Virus record (IMG/VR): IMGVR_UViG_3300025645_000067
Location: 2,949-66,948 of that record
Strand: one strand, 5' to 3'
DNA from: a virus
DNA length: 64,000 nucleotides
Shown in pieces: positions 28,815-38,302 of this stretch (position 1 is its first letter; each line of letters opens with the position of its first letter). Made by a program: the position numbers and the translations under genes. Below the pieces are notes generated by a model that had not been told where the DNA came from, did no database searches, and worked only from the letters and a program-made list of their open reading frames with translations.

Positions 28815-30708
28815 ATTTGTAAGTATTACAGTCGAGGGGTTTGGTTCAATATGTAACCAGACCCGATTCGATTTTACTAATGGTTTGCATATTATAAAGG
28901 GGCACAATGGAGCAGGTAAAACTACTATTTTTAATGCTTTATATTGGTGCTTGTTTAAGGATACTTTGAAAAATGTAAACCTTAGTAAAATTCCTACTTG
29001 GGCAGATAATAGAACAGAAAATTACAGGGGTACTAGAGTAGTTTTAATATTGAGCATAGATGGAACTACCTACATGATTGCTAGACATTATAAATTTAAG
29101 GGTAAGACTAAGGGCATTAAATATGGTAGTGAGGTAGTAGTACTAAAACATACGGATGCAGGTTTTACAGATGTAGGAGAAAAATACAAAAAAGACATTC
29201 AGATTTATATAAATACATTGTTAGGTTTTGATAAGAGTATTTTCCTAAATTCTGTTTTGTTTGGTCAAAGGCTAAACCGCTTTACCTCTCTAAAGGATGC
29301 AGAGAAGAGAGTATTTTTTGAAGGTATCTTTGAACTAGAGTTTGTAGGACAAGCCAAAGAGAAAGCGGTATTAGTTCAAAGCGAGCTATTTGAGGAGATT
29401 GATTTAATAGATAGGAAATGTGAGAAATTGGAGCACAAGAGAAAAATGATATTACAACGTATTGAAGATTCAAAGGAGGCAGAAGATAGATTCCTATTAG
29501 ATTTGAGTGAGAGGAGAGAAAAGATACAAGCTAAACTTACTTTAAACCAACAGAAATGGGATACTTGTTCTAAAGAACTGACTGTACTAAATGTACAGCT
29601 ATCACAGTTACCAGAGCTTCAAGATTATTCTAATTTGACCAAGGCTAGAGCAAAACAAGATAAGTTATATAGAGAGGTTTCAAAAGAAATAAACCAAGTA
29701 ACCTCAGATATTAGGAATGGTGAAAATACTATTGATACATCAAATAGGAATATAGCCAAACATCAAAAAGTATTAGATTCTGATCATAAATGCGGTGCTT
29801 GTGGTCAACCACTCAAAAAGGAGGATATTACAAGTATCAAAAAGGAGGCTATAAAGAAAATTAAATTGGAGGAGCAAGCACAAGAGATTGTTAGGAATAT
29901 GATTGAATCTTGTAAAAAAATATTACCTAACTATATACAAAAGAGGAGTAATTTTGAAACCGAAATTAAATCCATTAATACAGATATTAACGAAATAGAA
30001 AATCTAAAAAAGAGGCATAGTGATTTAGATTACAAGATTCATAATAAGACTAGTGATATAGCTAATTTAAAATTGAATGTTGAATTGAATAAAGATGATT
30101 TATTCGAGTTAGAAACCAGAAAATTTAAAGGTATTGATATTGCACCCTTAACTGTAGAGTTATCCACCATCAAGGATAAGTTAGAAACTTATCAATTAGA
30201 GCATAGCCAGCATTGTTCCAAGCATAAGAAAATTGGTTGGTGGATTAAAAAGGGTTTTGGCTCATCTGGTTTAAAGTCTTTTGTTTTTCAATCCATGTTA
30301 GGTAAGTTAAATTCTTACATTTCTAATTATGCAGTAGTGTTGGGATTCAATGTGACCTTTGGTATCGACTTTTCTAAGGATTCCAAACCATTTACCACGT
30401 CAATCACTAAAAACAATATTATCGTTGATTACAATGAGCTCTCAGGCGGTCAAAAGCAACGAATTGATATAGTTATTGCCTTTGCTATACATGATTTGAT
30501 TTCTCAAACATCTAATGTTAATATTTTAATCTTAGATGAATGTTTTACTGATTTGGATGCAGAGGGTATAGAACTTATTTTTGAACTGGTAGCTATGAAA
30601 AATAAGCAGTCAGTTTATGTTATCACTCATAGAGAGTATTTGGATATTTTGAATGCTAATATAATTGAAGTATCTTTGGATGGTAACAATAACACTATAA
30701 TAAATTAA
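28807..30708 (+). CDS. SbcC/Rad50 (T4 gp46-like) ATPase
   Basis: GHNGAGKTT, coiled coil, CGACGQ zinc hook, LSGGQ, ILDE. Confidence 0.95.
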   Translation: MIKFVSITVEGFGSICNQTRFDFTNGLHIIKGHNGAGKTTIFNALYWCLFKDTLKNVNLSKIPTWADNRTENYRGTRVVLILSIDGTTYMIARHYKFKGKTKGIKYGSEVVVLKHTDAGFTDVGEKYKKDIQIYINTLLGFDKSIFLNSVLFGQRLNRFTSLKDAEKRVFFEGIFELEFVGQAKEKAVLVQSELFEEIDLIDRKCEKLEHKRKMILQRIEDSKEAEDRFLLDLSERREKIQAKLTLNQQKWDTCSKELTVLNVQLSQLPELQDYSNLTKARAKQDKLYREVSKEINQVTSDIRNGENTIDTSNRNIAKHQKVLDSDHKCGACGQPLKKEDITSIKKEAIKKIKLEEQAQEIVRNMIESCKKILPNYIQKRSNFETEIKSINTDINEIENLKKRHSDLDYKIHNKTSDIANLKLNVELNKDDLFELETRKFKGIDIAPLTVELSTIKDKLETYQLEHSQHCSKHKKIGWWIKKGFGSSGLKSFVFQSMLGKLNSYISNYAVVLGFNVTFGIDFSKDSKPFTTSITKNNIIVDYNELSGGQKQRIDIVIAFAIHDLISQTSNVNILILDECFTDLDAEGIELIFELVAMKNKQSVYVITHREYLDILNANIIEVSLDGNNNTIIN

Positions 30709-30713
30709 AACTA

Positions 30714-30953
30714 ATGCAGGGTATAAAAAATAATGTAGATAGCTTAGAATTAAAACTAAAGGAGTTAGGAGAGGAGTTAAAGCAGTTAAATGAGAGGCTA
30801 GAAGAGCAAGAAAAGCATTATGAAGATTTAATCTATTATGAATATATTAAAGTAGATGATTCGGAAGGATTATGGGGAAATCAATTACATGATTTATTAA
30901 CAGAATTGATAGAAAAAAAAGGGGCTAAGTTTATTTATCAAAAATTAATCTAA
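30714..30953 (+). CDS. hypothetical coiled-coil protein
   Basis: 79 aa ORF in operon. Confidence 0.6.
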   Translation: MQGIKNNVDSLELKLKELGEELKQLNERLEEQEKHYEDLIYYEYIKVDDSEGLWGNQLHDLLTELIEKKGAKFIYQKLI

Positions 30954-31483
30954 TGCTTGAACATGACATCTTTGGTACTAAACCAAGGAAGAAGTCCATC
31001 AATTCTAAAAAGAAGGGGAATAACAATGAAGTACAAGCGGCTAAATGGTGGGCATCTTGGACAAGTTATGAATTTCAAAGAGTACCACAAAGCGGAGGAT
31101 TACGCTGGAAGGACACTAGAGGCATTACAGGAGATTTATTTTGTTCTGAGGACAATTTCCCCATTTCTATAGAAACAAAGGCTTACAAGAGCTTATCTAT
31201 CCCTAAAATATCTAAGAGGCTTAGAAATGATTCTAAGATTTACCGCTTTTGGGAGCAAGCTTTAGCAGATGGTAAAAGGGCAGATAGAGAACCCTGCTTA
31301 TTTGTTAGAGAAAATGGTATGAAAGCTAATACTTGGTACTTTGTAGTAAAATCTAATTTGGGAGTATATATGAGGATGATGAACAAGAAGTTAAATTTTT
31401 ACATGGGTAATGGGATAATGATTTTTAAATCTGAGGATGTTATTAAGTTAGATTGGATAAAAATAAAGAATTTCCTTTTATAA
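30953..31483 (+). CDS. Holliday junction resolvase (Hjc-like PD-(D/E)XK)
   Basis: NSKKKGNNNE...RVPQSGG...GDL...IETK. Confidence 0.8.
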   Translation: MLEHDIFGTKPRKKSINSKKKGNNNEVQAAKWWASWTSYEFQRVPQSGGLRWKDTRGITGDLFCSEDNFPISIETKAYKSLSIPKISKRLRNDSKIYRFWEQALADGKRADREPCLFVRENGMKANTWYFVVKSNLGVYMRMMNKKLNFYMGNGIMIFKSEDVIKLDWIKIKNFLL

Positions 31484-31507
31484 CTGCAAAATTAATCGTA
31501 CTTTTAC
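31477..31507 (+). promoter_or_regulatory. degenerate promoter cassette, possibly giving a leaderless mRNA
   Basis: TTTTATAACTGCAAAA...TACTTTTAC ending 3 nt before ATG 31511. Confidence 0.55.
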
Positions 31508-31510
31508 CGT

Positions 31511-31807
31511 ATGAAAAAACTAGTAACAACACAAAAGAAGGGGAAATTAGGAAAATGGGATAACCCTAATTTACATCAACCGATCAAGCATAGTCAAATA
31601 TTCAAGATACGTATCTATACCGTATCTCAGTATATAAAAAAGTTTAAGCTAGGTGTTAGCAACCAAGCTATAGGTTATGCAATGGATAAAGGTTTATTAG
31701 ATTATGTTAAGATTGGTAGAGATAGATTTGTAGTAATGACTAAACTTACTAAAACCTATGTGCCTAGTAACTCAGGCAGGAGAGCAGTAATGAGCGTAGC
31801 AGTATAA
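31511..31807 (+). CDS. small basic DNA-binding protein (excisionase / MerR-like HTH)
   Basis: YTVSQY...VSNQAIGYAMDKGLLDYVKIGRDRFV. Confidence 0.65.
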   Translation: MKKLVTTQKKGKLGKWDNPNLHQPIKHSQIFKIRIYTVSQYIKKFKLGVSNQAIGYAMDKGLLDYVKIGRDRFVVMTKLTKTYVPSNSGRRAVMSVAV

Positions 31808-31829
31808 ATTGTTAGTCAGTATATTAACT

Positions 31830-31869
31830 TTAGGAGGGAATAGTAAGTACACTATACCTCCTAATTTTT
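31830..31869 (+). terminator. intrinsic terminator
   Basis: ttaggagg...cctcctaa followed by T5. Confidence 0.6.
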
Positions 31870-31904
31870 AAACCTATAGCTTTATAATTATAAAAATAAA
31901 AAAA

Positions 31905-32036
31905 ATGCTATTGAAATCTCAAGGCATGTTAACCCCAGACGAAAGAATTAGTACTATCCAATTTAAAGGTATTGCAGCTAGAGCAGGGTATATAGTAACT
32001 GTTAATAACGATGTATGGACTTTGACAAAATTGTGA
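31905..32036 (+). CDS. small hypothetical protein (43 aa, not in ORF track)
   Basis: MLLKSQGMLTPDERIS...WTLTKL* after an A-rich leader. Confidence 0.45.
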   Translation: MLLKSQGMLTPDERISTIQFKGIAARAGYIVTVNNDVWTLTKL

Positions 32037-32428
32037 CCATTAATTTCGATGGTGCTTGTAACAATAGGGGAGATAAGATAATGGGTATAGGGGTTGTAGC
32101 ATACGAAGATGATGAAATACTTTGCGAGTCTGCCAATTATTTTAATTTTCAAGGTACATCGAATATAGCAGAATGGTTAGCATTAATTGAGGGGCTAACA
32201 GTCCTAAAAGAATTACAGGTTAAAAATGGTATCTTGTTAGGAGATTCCCAATTAGTAGTAAAACAATTTAATGGTATATACGATACCAGCTATAAATTTA
32301 TTGATTATTATAATGAGGCTTGGAAAATTGCTAAGTATCTAAATGTAGAGGTTAGATGGATACCGAGAGAGCAGAACACTTTAGCCGATGAGTTATCAAA
32401 GGAAGGATTGAATCAATTTTATAAATAA
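32015..32428 (+). CDS. rnhA: ribonuclease HI
   Basis: FDGAC, TSNIAEW, GDSQLVV, WIPREQN..ADELS. Confidence 0.93.
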   Translation: MDFDKIVTINFDGACNNRGDKIMGIGVVAYEDDEILCESANYFNFQGTSNIAEWLALIEGLTVLKELQVKNGILLGDSQLVVKQFNGIYDTSYKFIDYYNEAWKIAKYLNVEVRWIPREQNTLADELSKEGLNQFYK

Positions 32429-32442
32429 CATAAACTGAAAAA

Positions 32443-33882
32443 ATGAAAGTAGCGAGCGATATAAGGCAGGTAATATTTACCCTGCCTAATTTATTAGAGG
32501 TAGCAGAGATAAAGAAAAGACCTCTTAAAAATCCAGACTTAACCTTTTTGACTAGTGGGCAAAATGAAGGATTTACAGAAATGTTAGATTATCTAAAGTT
32601 GGAAGATAATAGCCTAATGATGTTTTTATTGACGGGGTATGCTGGTACAGGAAAAAGTACTCTAATCTCCACTTTAATTGAGTGGGTACTTTACAACAAG
32701 CCTATAGGTCAAATAAGGATAGCTATGACTGCTCCCACTAATAAAGCGGTCAAGGTTCTAAGGTCTATGGCAGAGTATGAGCATGGGAACTTAAGTTACT
32801 CTACTATTCACAGCCTGTTAGGGCTAAAACACAAAATTAATTTTAAAACAGGAGAAGAAGAATTTTCTAGGGATTTCGATACACCTTCTAGAATTGAGAC
32901 TATTGACGTACTGGTATTGGATGAGGTAAGTCAATTGAATGATGAGTTAATGGATTATATCCAACCCTATGTAGCTATGGGTATGAAATTGATTTTTATT
33001 GGAGATTCAGCACAAATACCACCAATTGGAAAAACTCAATCACAGCCATTAAAAAGAAAATGGAGGGAAAAGAATAGGGTAGGGCATTATAATTTGTCGG
33101 AAATAATAAGACAAGCAGCAGATAACCCTATTATCAAAGGCTCAATTAAGATTAGAGAGAACCTATGGGAGGATAAAGTAGTGTTGAAGGATGAAATCAA
33201 AGGTACAGGAGGCATTTACAATTTATATAGAGATGATAGGGAAGGAAATAGGGAGTTATTAAATCATTATTTCACATCTAAAAATTTTAAAACTAATCCA
33301 GATTTTTGTAAGGTAGGGGCATGGACTAATAGAATAGTCGATAGTTATAATAAATTGATTAGAGGCATGATTTTTGGACAGAACCAGCCTAAGATGGTAG
33401 TAGGAGATTTACTATTAGCAGATTCCCCTATAATGGATGGGGATGAGATTATATTTGCTACTAATAGTGAGTTTGAGGTTACCAGTATTAGGTATGAAAC
33501 AAGAGAGTTACAAGATTTACAACTCCAATTTTATATTTTAGGTGTAGTTACCAGAGATGGAGATAAGAACTTTATCAATGTGATACATGAGGTATCGGAG
33601 CAGCCCTACAAAAAATTATTAAAAAAGATTGTGGATACCGCCAACAGAAGTAAGGGAAAAACTAGGACGGACGCATGGAGAATGTACTGGACTCTAAAAA
33701 AACATTTTGCGGATGTTAAATACAATTATGCTTTGACTATTCACAAGATGCAAGGCAGCACTTATGGAAATGTTTTTATTGCTACAGGAGATATTGACCG
33801 CAATAATAATTTAGTAGAAAGAAATCGAATTAAGTATACAGCAGTAACTAGACCAAAGAACTATTTATTTATCATCAATTAA
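32443..33882 (+). CDS. Dda/RecD-like SF1B helicase
   Basis: GYAGTGKS, APTNKA, DEVS, GDSAQIPP, YALTIHKMQGSTY, YTAVTRP. Confidence 0.93.
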   Translation: MKVASDIRQVIFTLPNLLEVAEIKKRPLKNPDLTFLTSGQNEGFTEMLDYLKLEDNSLMMFLLTGYAGTGKSTLISTLIEWVLYNKPIGQIRIAMTAPTNKAVKVLRSMAEYEHGNLSYSTIHSLLGLKHKINFKTGEEEFSRDFDTPSRIETIDVLVLDEVSQLNDELMDYIQPYVAMGMKLIFIGDSAQIPPIGKTQSQPLKRKWREKNRVGHYNLSEIIRQAADNPIIKGSIKIRENLWEDKVVLKDEIKGTGGIYNLYRDDREGNRELLNHYFTSKNFKTNPDFCKVGAWTNRIVDSYNKLIRGMIFGQNQPKMVVGDLLLADSPIMDGDEIIFATNSEFEVTSIRYETRELQDLQLQFYILGVVTRDGDKNFINVIHEVSEQPYKKLLKKIVDTANRSKGKTRTDAWRMYWTLKKHFADVKYNYALTIHKMQGSTYGNVFIATGDIDRNNNLVERNRIKYTAVTRPKNYLFIIN

Positions 33883-33892
33883 AAAAAGCTAA

Positions 33893-34207
33893 ATGATTTT
33901 AACATCTAAAAAAGGTTTCGAGGCTAATTTACAAATAATCAACCATGATGCTTTATGTCAAACCAATAAGGAGAATTTGGAGAGGGGCTTTAGTGCTTTT
34001 GTTTATGTAACCAGAAAGGGGGATAGGCAAGCTTTAGGCACTTTGCATACCTCCCTAATCGCTAATTTGATTAAAGAACCAGAGGCAGTCGTACAATTAC
34101 AGGTAGATAAGTCTACAAGAGATAACTCTCAATATTACTTTGATTTAGAAAAGTTATCTTGGAGATGTTATAAAACCATTAATCTATTAGCTATTATAAA
34201 CCAATAA
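33893..34207 (+). CDS. WYL_2 / SH3-barrel-like protein
   Basis: FVYVTRKGDRQALGTL...YYFDLEKLSWRCYK. Confidence 0.6.
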   Translation: MILTSKKGFEANLQIINHDALCQTNKENLERGFSAFVYVTRKGDRQALGTLHTSLIANLIKEPEAVVQLQVDKSTRDNSQYYFDLEKLSWRCYKTINLLAIINQ

Positions 34208-34212
34208 AAACA

Positions 34213-34509
34213 ATGCAGTACCTCACAATAGTATTAACCTCGTTAAACCAATCTCAATATGTTGTAGAACTCCCTAGAGTGTTTGCTGATTATATTAAAA
34301 ATTGGGTGCAGGAGTATATGGAAAATTATGGTATGGTTTCTCTTGATATTTTATTATCTAAGTTAGAAACTGTACCTACTAATATAATACCTGAGCAGTA
34401 CAGATGTTCGGATGACCCTATGGACTATGTAACTTACCAGAAGAAGGGTATTGAACAGACTGATATAGGAACAGATTCTATAGAAGATTATAGATTCTCA
34501 TTGAACTAG
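34213..34509 (+). CDS. hypothetical protein
   Basis: 98 aa ORF with A-rich leader. Confidence 0.65.
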   Translation: MQYLTIVLTSLNQSQYVVELPRVFADYIKNWVQEYMENYGMVSLDILLSKLETVPTNIIPEQYRCSDDPMDYVTYQKKGIEQTDIGTDSIEDYRFSLN

Positions 34510-34522
34510 AGAAAAATAATTT

Positions 34523-34594
34523 AAAAATAAATTGCTAAAAACTTTTTATAACTATAAAATAATCGTATCTTTACATCATCAAACGAAATAAAAA
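34523..34594 (+). promoter_or_regulatory. promoter cassette copy 3 (long form)
   Basis: About 70 bp matching the 45.6 kb copy; palindrome 34544-34559, TATCTTTAC 34566-34574. Confidence 0.85.
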
Positions 34595-34624
34595 TATTTT
34601 TTAAACTTTTAAAACATCTGAATT

Positions 34625-35074
34625 ATGAAAATTTCTGAAATGAGTTACAACGAATTACGTGCAACGGCAAAGCAATTAAATATCAAATTAGATAGAAATC
34701 CTAAGAAAGAGGTATTACTGGATTTGATTACATTGTATGCAGAAGCCGATGAGTTTAATTTAACTATTTATCCAGATATGGATGCGGATGAGGTCAGAGA
34801 TGCGCTTACAGAGCATAAAAAGGTTTTAGCGGATACACCTAAACCAGAGCCTAAAAAAAGAGCCTCTAGTACGCATAAGAAGCCTCTAGTACCTATCATC
34901 TCCTTATCTAAGGGGGCTAAATTAAAAACGGCAAGTGGTAAGTTTGAATGGACAATTACGGAAAGAGTTGAAAGAGATGGAAAAATCATCAGAATCTTGA
35001 TGGTAGATAATCAAGGTAAACCTTGGAATTGCACAAGTGTAAAAGATTTGGCGAAAAATGTAGTAGCCATCTAA
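34625..35074 (+). CDS. hypothetical protein with Rho-N/HeH-like N-terminus
   Basis: ISEMSYNELRATAKQLNIK...KKEVLLDLI. Confidence 0.6.
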   Translation: MKISEMSYNELRATAKQLNIKLDRNPKKEVLLDLITLYAEADEFNLTIYPDMDADEVRDALTEHKKVLADTPKPEPKKRASSTHKKPLVPIISLSKGAKLKTASGKFEWTITERVERDGKIIRILMVDNQGKPWNCTSVKDLAKNVVAI

Positions 35075-35096
35075 GATAGTTCATGGGATTATGTAG

Positions 35097-35133
35097 AGGG
35101 GTTGGGTATATAATGGCTCAACTCCTTTTTTTT
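35097..35133 (+). terminator. intrinsic terminator
   Basis: aggggttgggt...gctcaactcct followed by T-run. Confidence 0.75.
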
Positions 35134-35140
35134 ACCAATT

Positions 35141-35461
35141 ATGTATATAGAAACACCATTATCAAAAATAAAATTTCGCACTATGTCGAAACCTGCTAAT
35201 AATTATACGACAACCACCTATAAGTTTAATAAGTACCACCATGATAGAGGGATTAGAATTGCTACTTATTCAAAAGACTCCTATCAATTGCTTAATAAGC
35301 AGGGAGGTAGGATTTTAATACCGAAAAGTCTTGTTGCTTATGACCAACAGGATGACGGTAATATTTTGGTAAGTATTCCAGATTGGTTGTTAGATTCTCA
35401 CAACGGCTTTTTGGAGACTACCAATAGAGAATTTGTAATGAAATATTGGATAAATCTATAG
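35141..35461 (+). CDS. hypothetical protein
   Basis: 106 aa; LIPKS...SIPDWL pattern common in small phage proteins. Confidence 0.65.
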   Translation: MYIETPLSKIKFRTMSKPANNYTTTTYKFNKYHHDRGIRIATYSKDSYQLLNKQGGRILIPKSLVAYDQQDDGNILVSIPDWLLDSHNGFLETTNREFVMKYWINL

Positions 35462-35530
35462 AGGCATTGTTTATTATTTTTTATTTTCAGATGTTTTTAA
35501 TTGGGGAGGTGTTTGAGCCTCCTCTCTTTT
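35462..35530 (+). ncRNA. candidate 3'-UTR antisense RNA plus terminator
   Basis: 35465-35482 and 35490-35500 are exact reverse complements of 49651-49668 and 49640-49650; followed by hairpin ggggagg...cctcctc and tttt. Confidence 0.5.
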
Positions 35531-35550
35531 AACCTCTCTAAAGCTTAATT

Positions 35551-35823
35551 ATGAAGATATTACCTTTATATACGGATGAACAAATAACTACCACCTTAGC
35601 TGACCTAAGGAAGCGGATGGAGGAAGGAGAGCCTATTTTAATATTGAAAGCCTCTGATAAAATTTCTCACTATGCTTTAGATAAGTACCTTTGGTTATCG
35701 GTACAGGAGGCAGCAATGGGTTTAGTAACCTGTAAATTTAAGGCATCAATTTTGTCTAAATGTGCTAAGTTCTCAGATTGGGCTAGATTAAATAACGATA
35801 AGTTAAAATATCCTAAAATATGA
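35551..35823 (+). CDS. hypothetical protein
   Basis: 90 aa; EPILILKASDK motif. Confidence 0.65.
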   Translation: MKILPLYTDEQITTTLADLRKRMEEGEPILILKASDKISHYALDKYLWLSVQEAAMGLVTCKFKASILSKCAKFSDWARLNNDKLKYPKI

Positions 35824-36236
35824 AACCTGTAATGTTTGAAGGCTGTAATGCGGAAATAGCCAAAAATCAACCGCAATTTAAAACCCTACCTGCTATGGCT
35901 ACCATAGGTACTACTTTTTCCTGTTGGGAACTATCTCAAAAGGAGATAGAAAGAGTTTTAAAAACTAAGAAAATTTGGGTGAATCAAATTAATGGCGGTA
36001 AGCCGATGCAGCCGATTTGTCTGACTAGTGAGAATTTGCTTACTGTATCTAAGGAGGGAGGCGATTGTATTTGTAAGAATTGTGGAGATATAGTAACGTT
36101 AATAAAATTTAACCCTAAGGATTATAAGTATTGGGCTTGTCCTACCTGTAGGCATACTAATGAAATAATCTTAAGAAGGGGCAAGAAAAATAAATTTGTT
36201 AGTTGGTTAATAAAATCATTAGTCAAGTTTCTTTGA
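35820..36236 (+). CDS. hypothetical protein with Zn ribbon
   Basis: NQPQFKTLPA...SCWELS..E..RV; CKNC...CPTC. Confidence 0.7.
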   Translation: MKPVMFEGCNAEIAKNQPQFKTLPAMATIGTTFSCWELSQKEIERVLKTKKIWVNQINGGKPMQPICLTSENLLTVSKEGGDCICKNCGDIVTLIKFNPKDYKYWACPTCRHTNEIILRRGKKNKFVSWLIKSLVKFL

Positions 36237-36262
36237 ACGGTACAATAATTTATGTATTATTG
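36232..36262 (+). promoter_or_regulatory. Bacteroidota-type promoter
   Basis: TTTG-N19-TATTATTG. Confidence 0.45.
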
Positions 36263-36294
36263 TATCAATTAATCAATCATAAAAATCTTTTAAA

Positions 36295-36819
36295 ATGAAA
36301 TCAGCAAAGCAATTAGGCTTTTTATTTATAGGCTTGTCCTTTTTATTCCTACCTTTTGGGGGCAATAGTCAAGAACCTCTTACAAAAGATACTGAGCCTA
36401 AGACAGAGGCAGCACAATTAAAAATAGCTATGCAGCCTACAGCAGACCCTACATTAGAAGAAGCTATAGACGCTTTAAGGGGCGGTGATATATCTGCTAC
36501 TTCTTATGTATACGAAGGACTATTAGCCTTATTTACTTTTCTAAGTGGTCTTTTATTAAAGTGGTTTAATATAAAGTGGCAGTTGCCTAGTATAGCTTTA
36601 CCGTTAGTAGTTGTAGCTATCATAAGTATTGGAGTCGTAGTATCCCTAGGTTTAGCTAATGCCTTACCTGCTCTCTTATCGGTCTTGTCAACAAGTGGAA
36701 TATTTGGACTGTTAAAAGGTATCAATAAATTTACTAAACCTACCGAAACTACTAATGATAAATTACAAAGCTTGGAGAGACAAACTTTAGAATTAAAACA
36801 AAGTCTAGGCATAGCATAG
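36295..36819 (+). CDS. membrane protein with signal peptide (holin or superinfection-exclusion candidate)
   Basis: Signal peptide ending GNS-Q, three hydrophobic segments; has its own promoter and terminator. Confidence 0.65.
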   Translation: MKSAKQLGFLFIGLSFLFLPFGGNSQEPLTKDTEPKTEAAQLKIAMQPTADPTLEEAIDALRGGDISATSYVYEGLLALFTFLSGLLLKWFNIKWQLPSIALPLVVVAIISIGVVVSLGLANALPALLSVLSTSGIFGLLKGINKFTKPTETTNDKLQSLERQTLELKQSLGIA

Positions 36820-36840
36820 TAGTATTTTCCATATTAAATT

Positions 36841-36878
36841 AAATGGGGGATAGGTAAAGTACCTCATCTCCCATTTTT
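36841..36878 (+). terminator. intrinsic terminator
   Basis: aaatgggggat...atctcccattt followed by T. Confidence 0.65.
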
Positions 36879-36899
36879 AATTAAAAATAATTGAATAAG

Positions 36900-37556
36900 A
36901 TGATAAACTTAAATCCTTTTGGTTTTACATTACTAGAAATTACCTTGACTGATATTAAGGCTAATGTTAAAAACCCTAGAAAAATAAATGCTAGAGAGAA
37001 AAAAGAATTAAAGGCAAGTATCAATAAGTTCGGTCTTATTGATAAACCGATTTTAAACAAACAAAATAAGGATAAAACCTATGATTGTATAGGTGGTCAT
37101 CAAAGACTTGATTTATTAAAACAGGCAGGAGTAGAAACCTGTCTTTGCTATGTACCCACCAAAAGATTAAGCCAGCCAGAAGTAGAGGAGCTATTATTGA
37201 GAGTTAATAAAAATACTGGTACATTCGATAATGATTTGTTAAGGCAGAACTTCAAAGCAGAAGATTTATTAGCTCATGGTTGGGCTAAATCAGAGCTAGA
37301 CAATATTTTCATTAAAATTGATTTGGACACCAAGGAGGCATCCTACCCAATTGTGCCTAAGATGGGAGAAAAATACGGGTGTATCATCATTGTTTATGAA
37401 AGTGATGTAGAAGAAGCCAGCCTAAGGACCATATTAAATACTGCTAGGGCAAAAGATTATAAATCTAATCGTGTTGCAGAGTCCTCAGTAATTACCTTTG
37501 ACCACTTCCAAAAAGCTATAAATGAAAGAATTACCTTTAATAATATTGAGTCATAA
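36900..37556 (+). CDS. ParB/Srx N-terminal domain protein
   Basis: NPRKI...LKASINKFGLIDKPILN...IGGHQR...N..G.FD.DLL. Confidence 0.85.
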   Translation: MINLNPFGFTLLEITLTDIKANVKNPRKINAREKKELKASINKFGLIDKPILNKQNKDKTYDCIGGHQRLDLLKQAGVETCLCYVPTKRLSQPEVEELLLRVNKNTGTFDNDLLRQNFKAEDLLAHGWAKSELDNIFIKIDLDTKEASYPIVPKMGEKYGCIIIVYESDVEEASLRTILNTARAKDYKSNRVAESSVITFDHFQKAINERITFNNIES

Positions 37557-38277
37557 AAGAGCAGACAGGGTAGATACTTTGAAAATTGTATCTAACTGCT
37601 CTATATGTATTCCAGAAAGTCAGGCAAAGGATTATAAACACTTTAATCCTAATACGCCTTTAATCGTTCACCCAGACGATGTAAGAGGGCTAACAGCTAA
37701 AATTAAATGGGTATATGATTTGTACCCTAATGTAGTAATGTTAGACGATGACCTTAATAAATTCAATAGAAATTTCGTAGACGACACCTTTGAGTTAGGG
37801 CAGCATGTAGATGACCCAGATTTAGTTTATGAGATTATACAGCATACAGGGTGGATAGCGGAGCAAATGAAAGTCAAGCTTTTTGGTTTTGCGGCTAATG
37901 CTGTACCTGTAACCTATCAATCTCATAACCCTTATAAATTAAGCGGTTTTGTAATTGGTGGGATATTTGGTTTATTAGAAGGATTCCGTTTGGATATAAT
38001 GCCCGAAGATTCTACAGCAGCTTGTGATTATTTTATTAGTGGTATTAGTGCTTACTTTGAAAGAAAATGCTTATTAAATAATAGGTATGCAGTTACCTCT
38101 AAAGAGGGTACATTTAAAAGTAAGGGAGGTACAGCCGACTATAGAACTCCAGACACCGAAAAAAAAGATCTCCAACTTTTAAAGGAATACTTTGGGGATG
38201 CCATAGTAAGAAAGAAACCGTCAAGGGTAAGAAAGGAATTATACGAATGGGAAAAAACTCTCAAAATTCCATTTTAA
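37522..38277 (+). CDS. GT-A glycosyltransferase, TAGT/GREB1-like
   Basis: IIILSHKRA...IPESQAKDY...VVMLDDDL...CDYFIS...KGG. Confidence 0.7.
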   Translation: MKELPLIILSHKRADRVDTLKIVSNCSICIPESQAKDYKHFNPNTPLIVHPDDVRGLTAKIKWVYDLYPNVVMLDDDLNKFNRNFVDDTFELGQHVDDPDLVYEIIQHTGWIAEQMKVKLFGFAANAVPVTYQSHNPYKLSGFVIGGIFGLLEGFRLDIMPEDSTAACDYFISGISAYFERKCLLNNRYAVTSKEGTFKSKGGTADYRTPDTEKKDLQLLKEYFGDAIVRKKPSRVRKELYEWEKTLKIPF

Positions 38278-38302
38278 TTTTTAAACTAAAAATAATTGGT
38301 TA

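Noticed and set aside
30957-31172. Alternative-frame + strand ORF (71 aa)
   Set aside because: Fully nested in the resolvase gene with no independent support.
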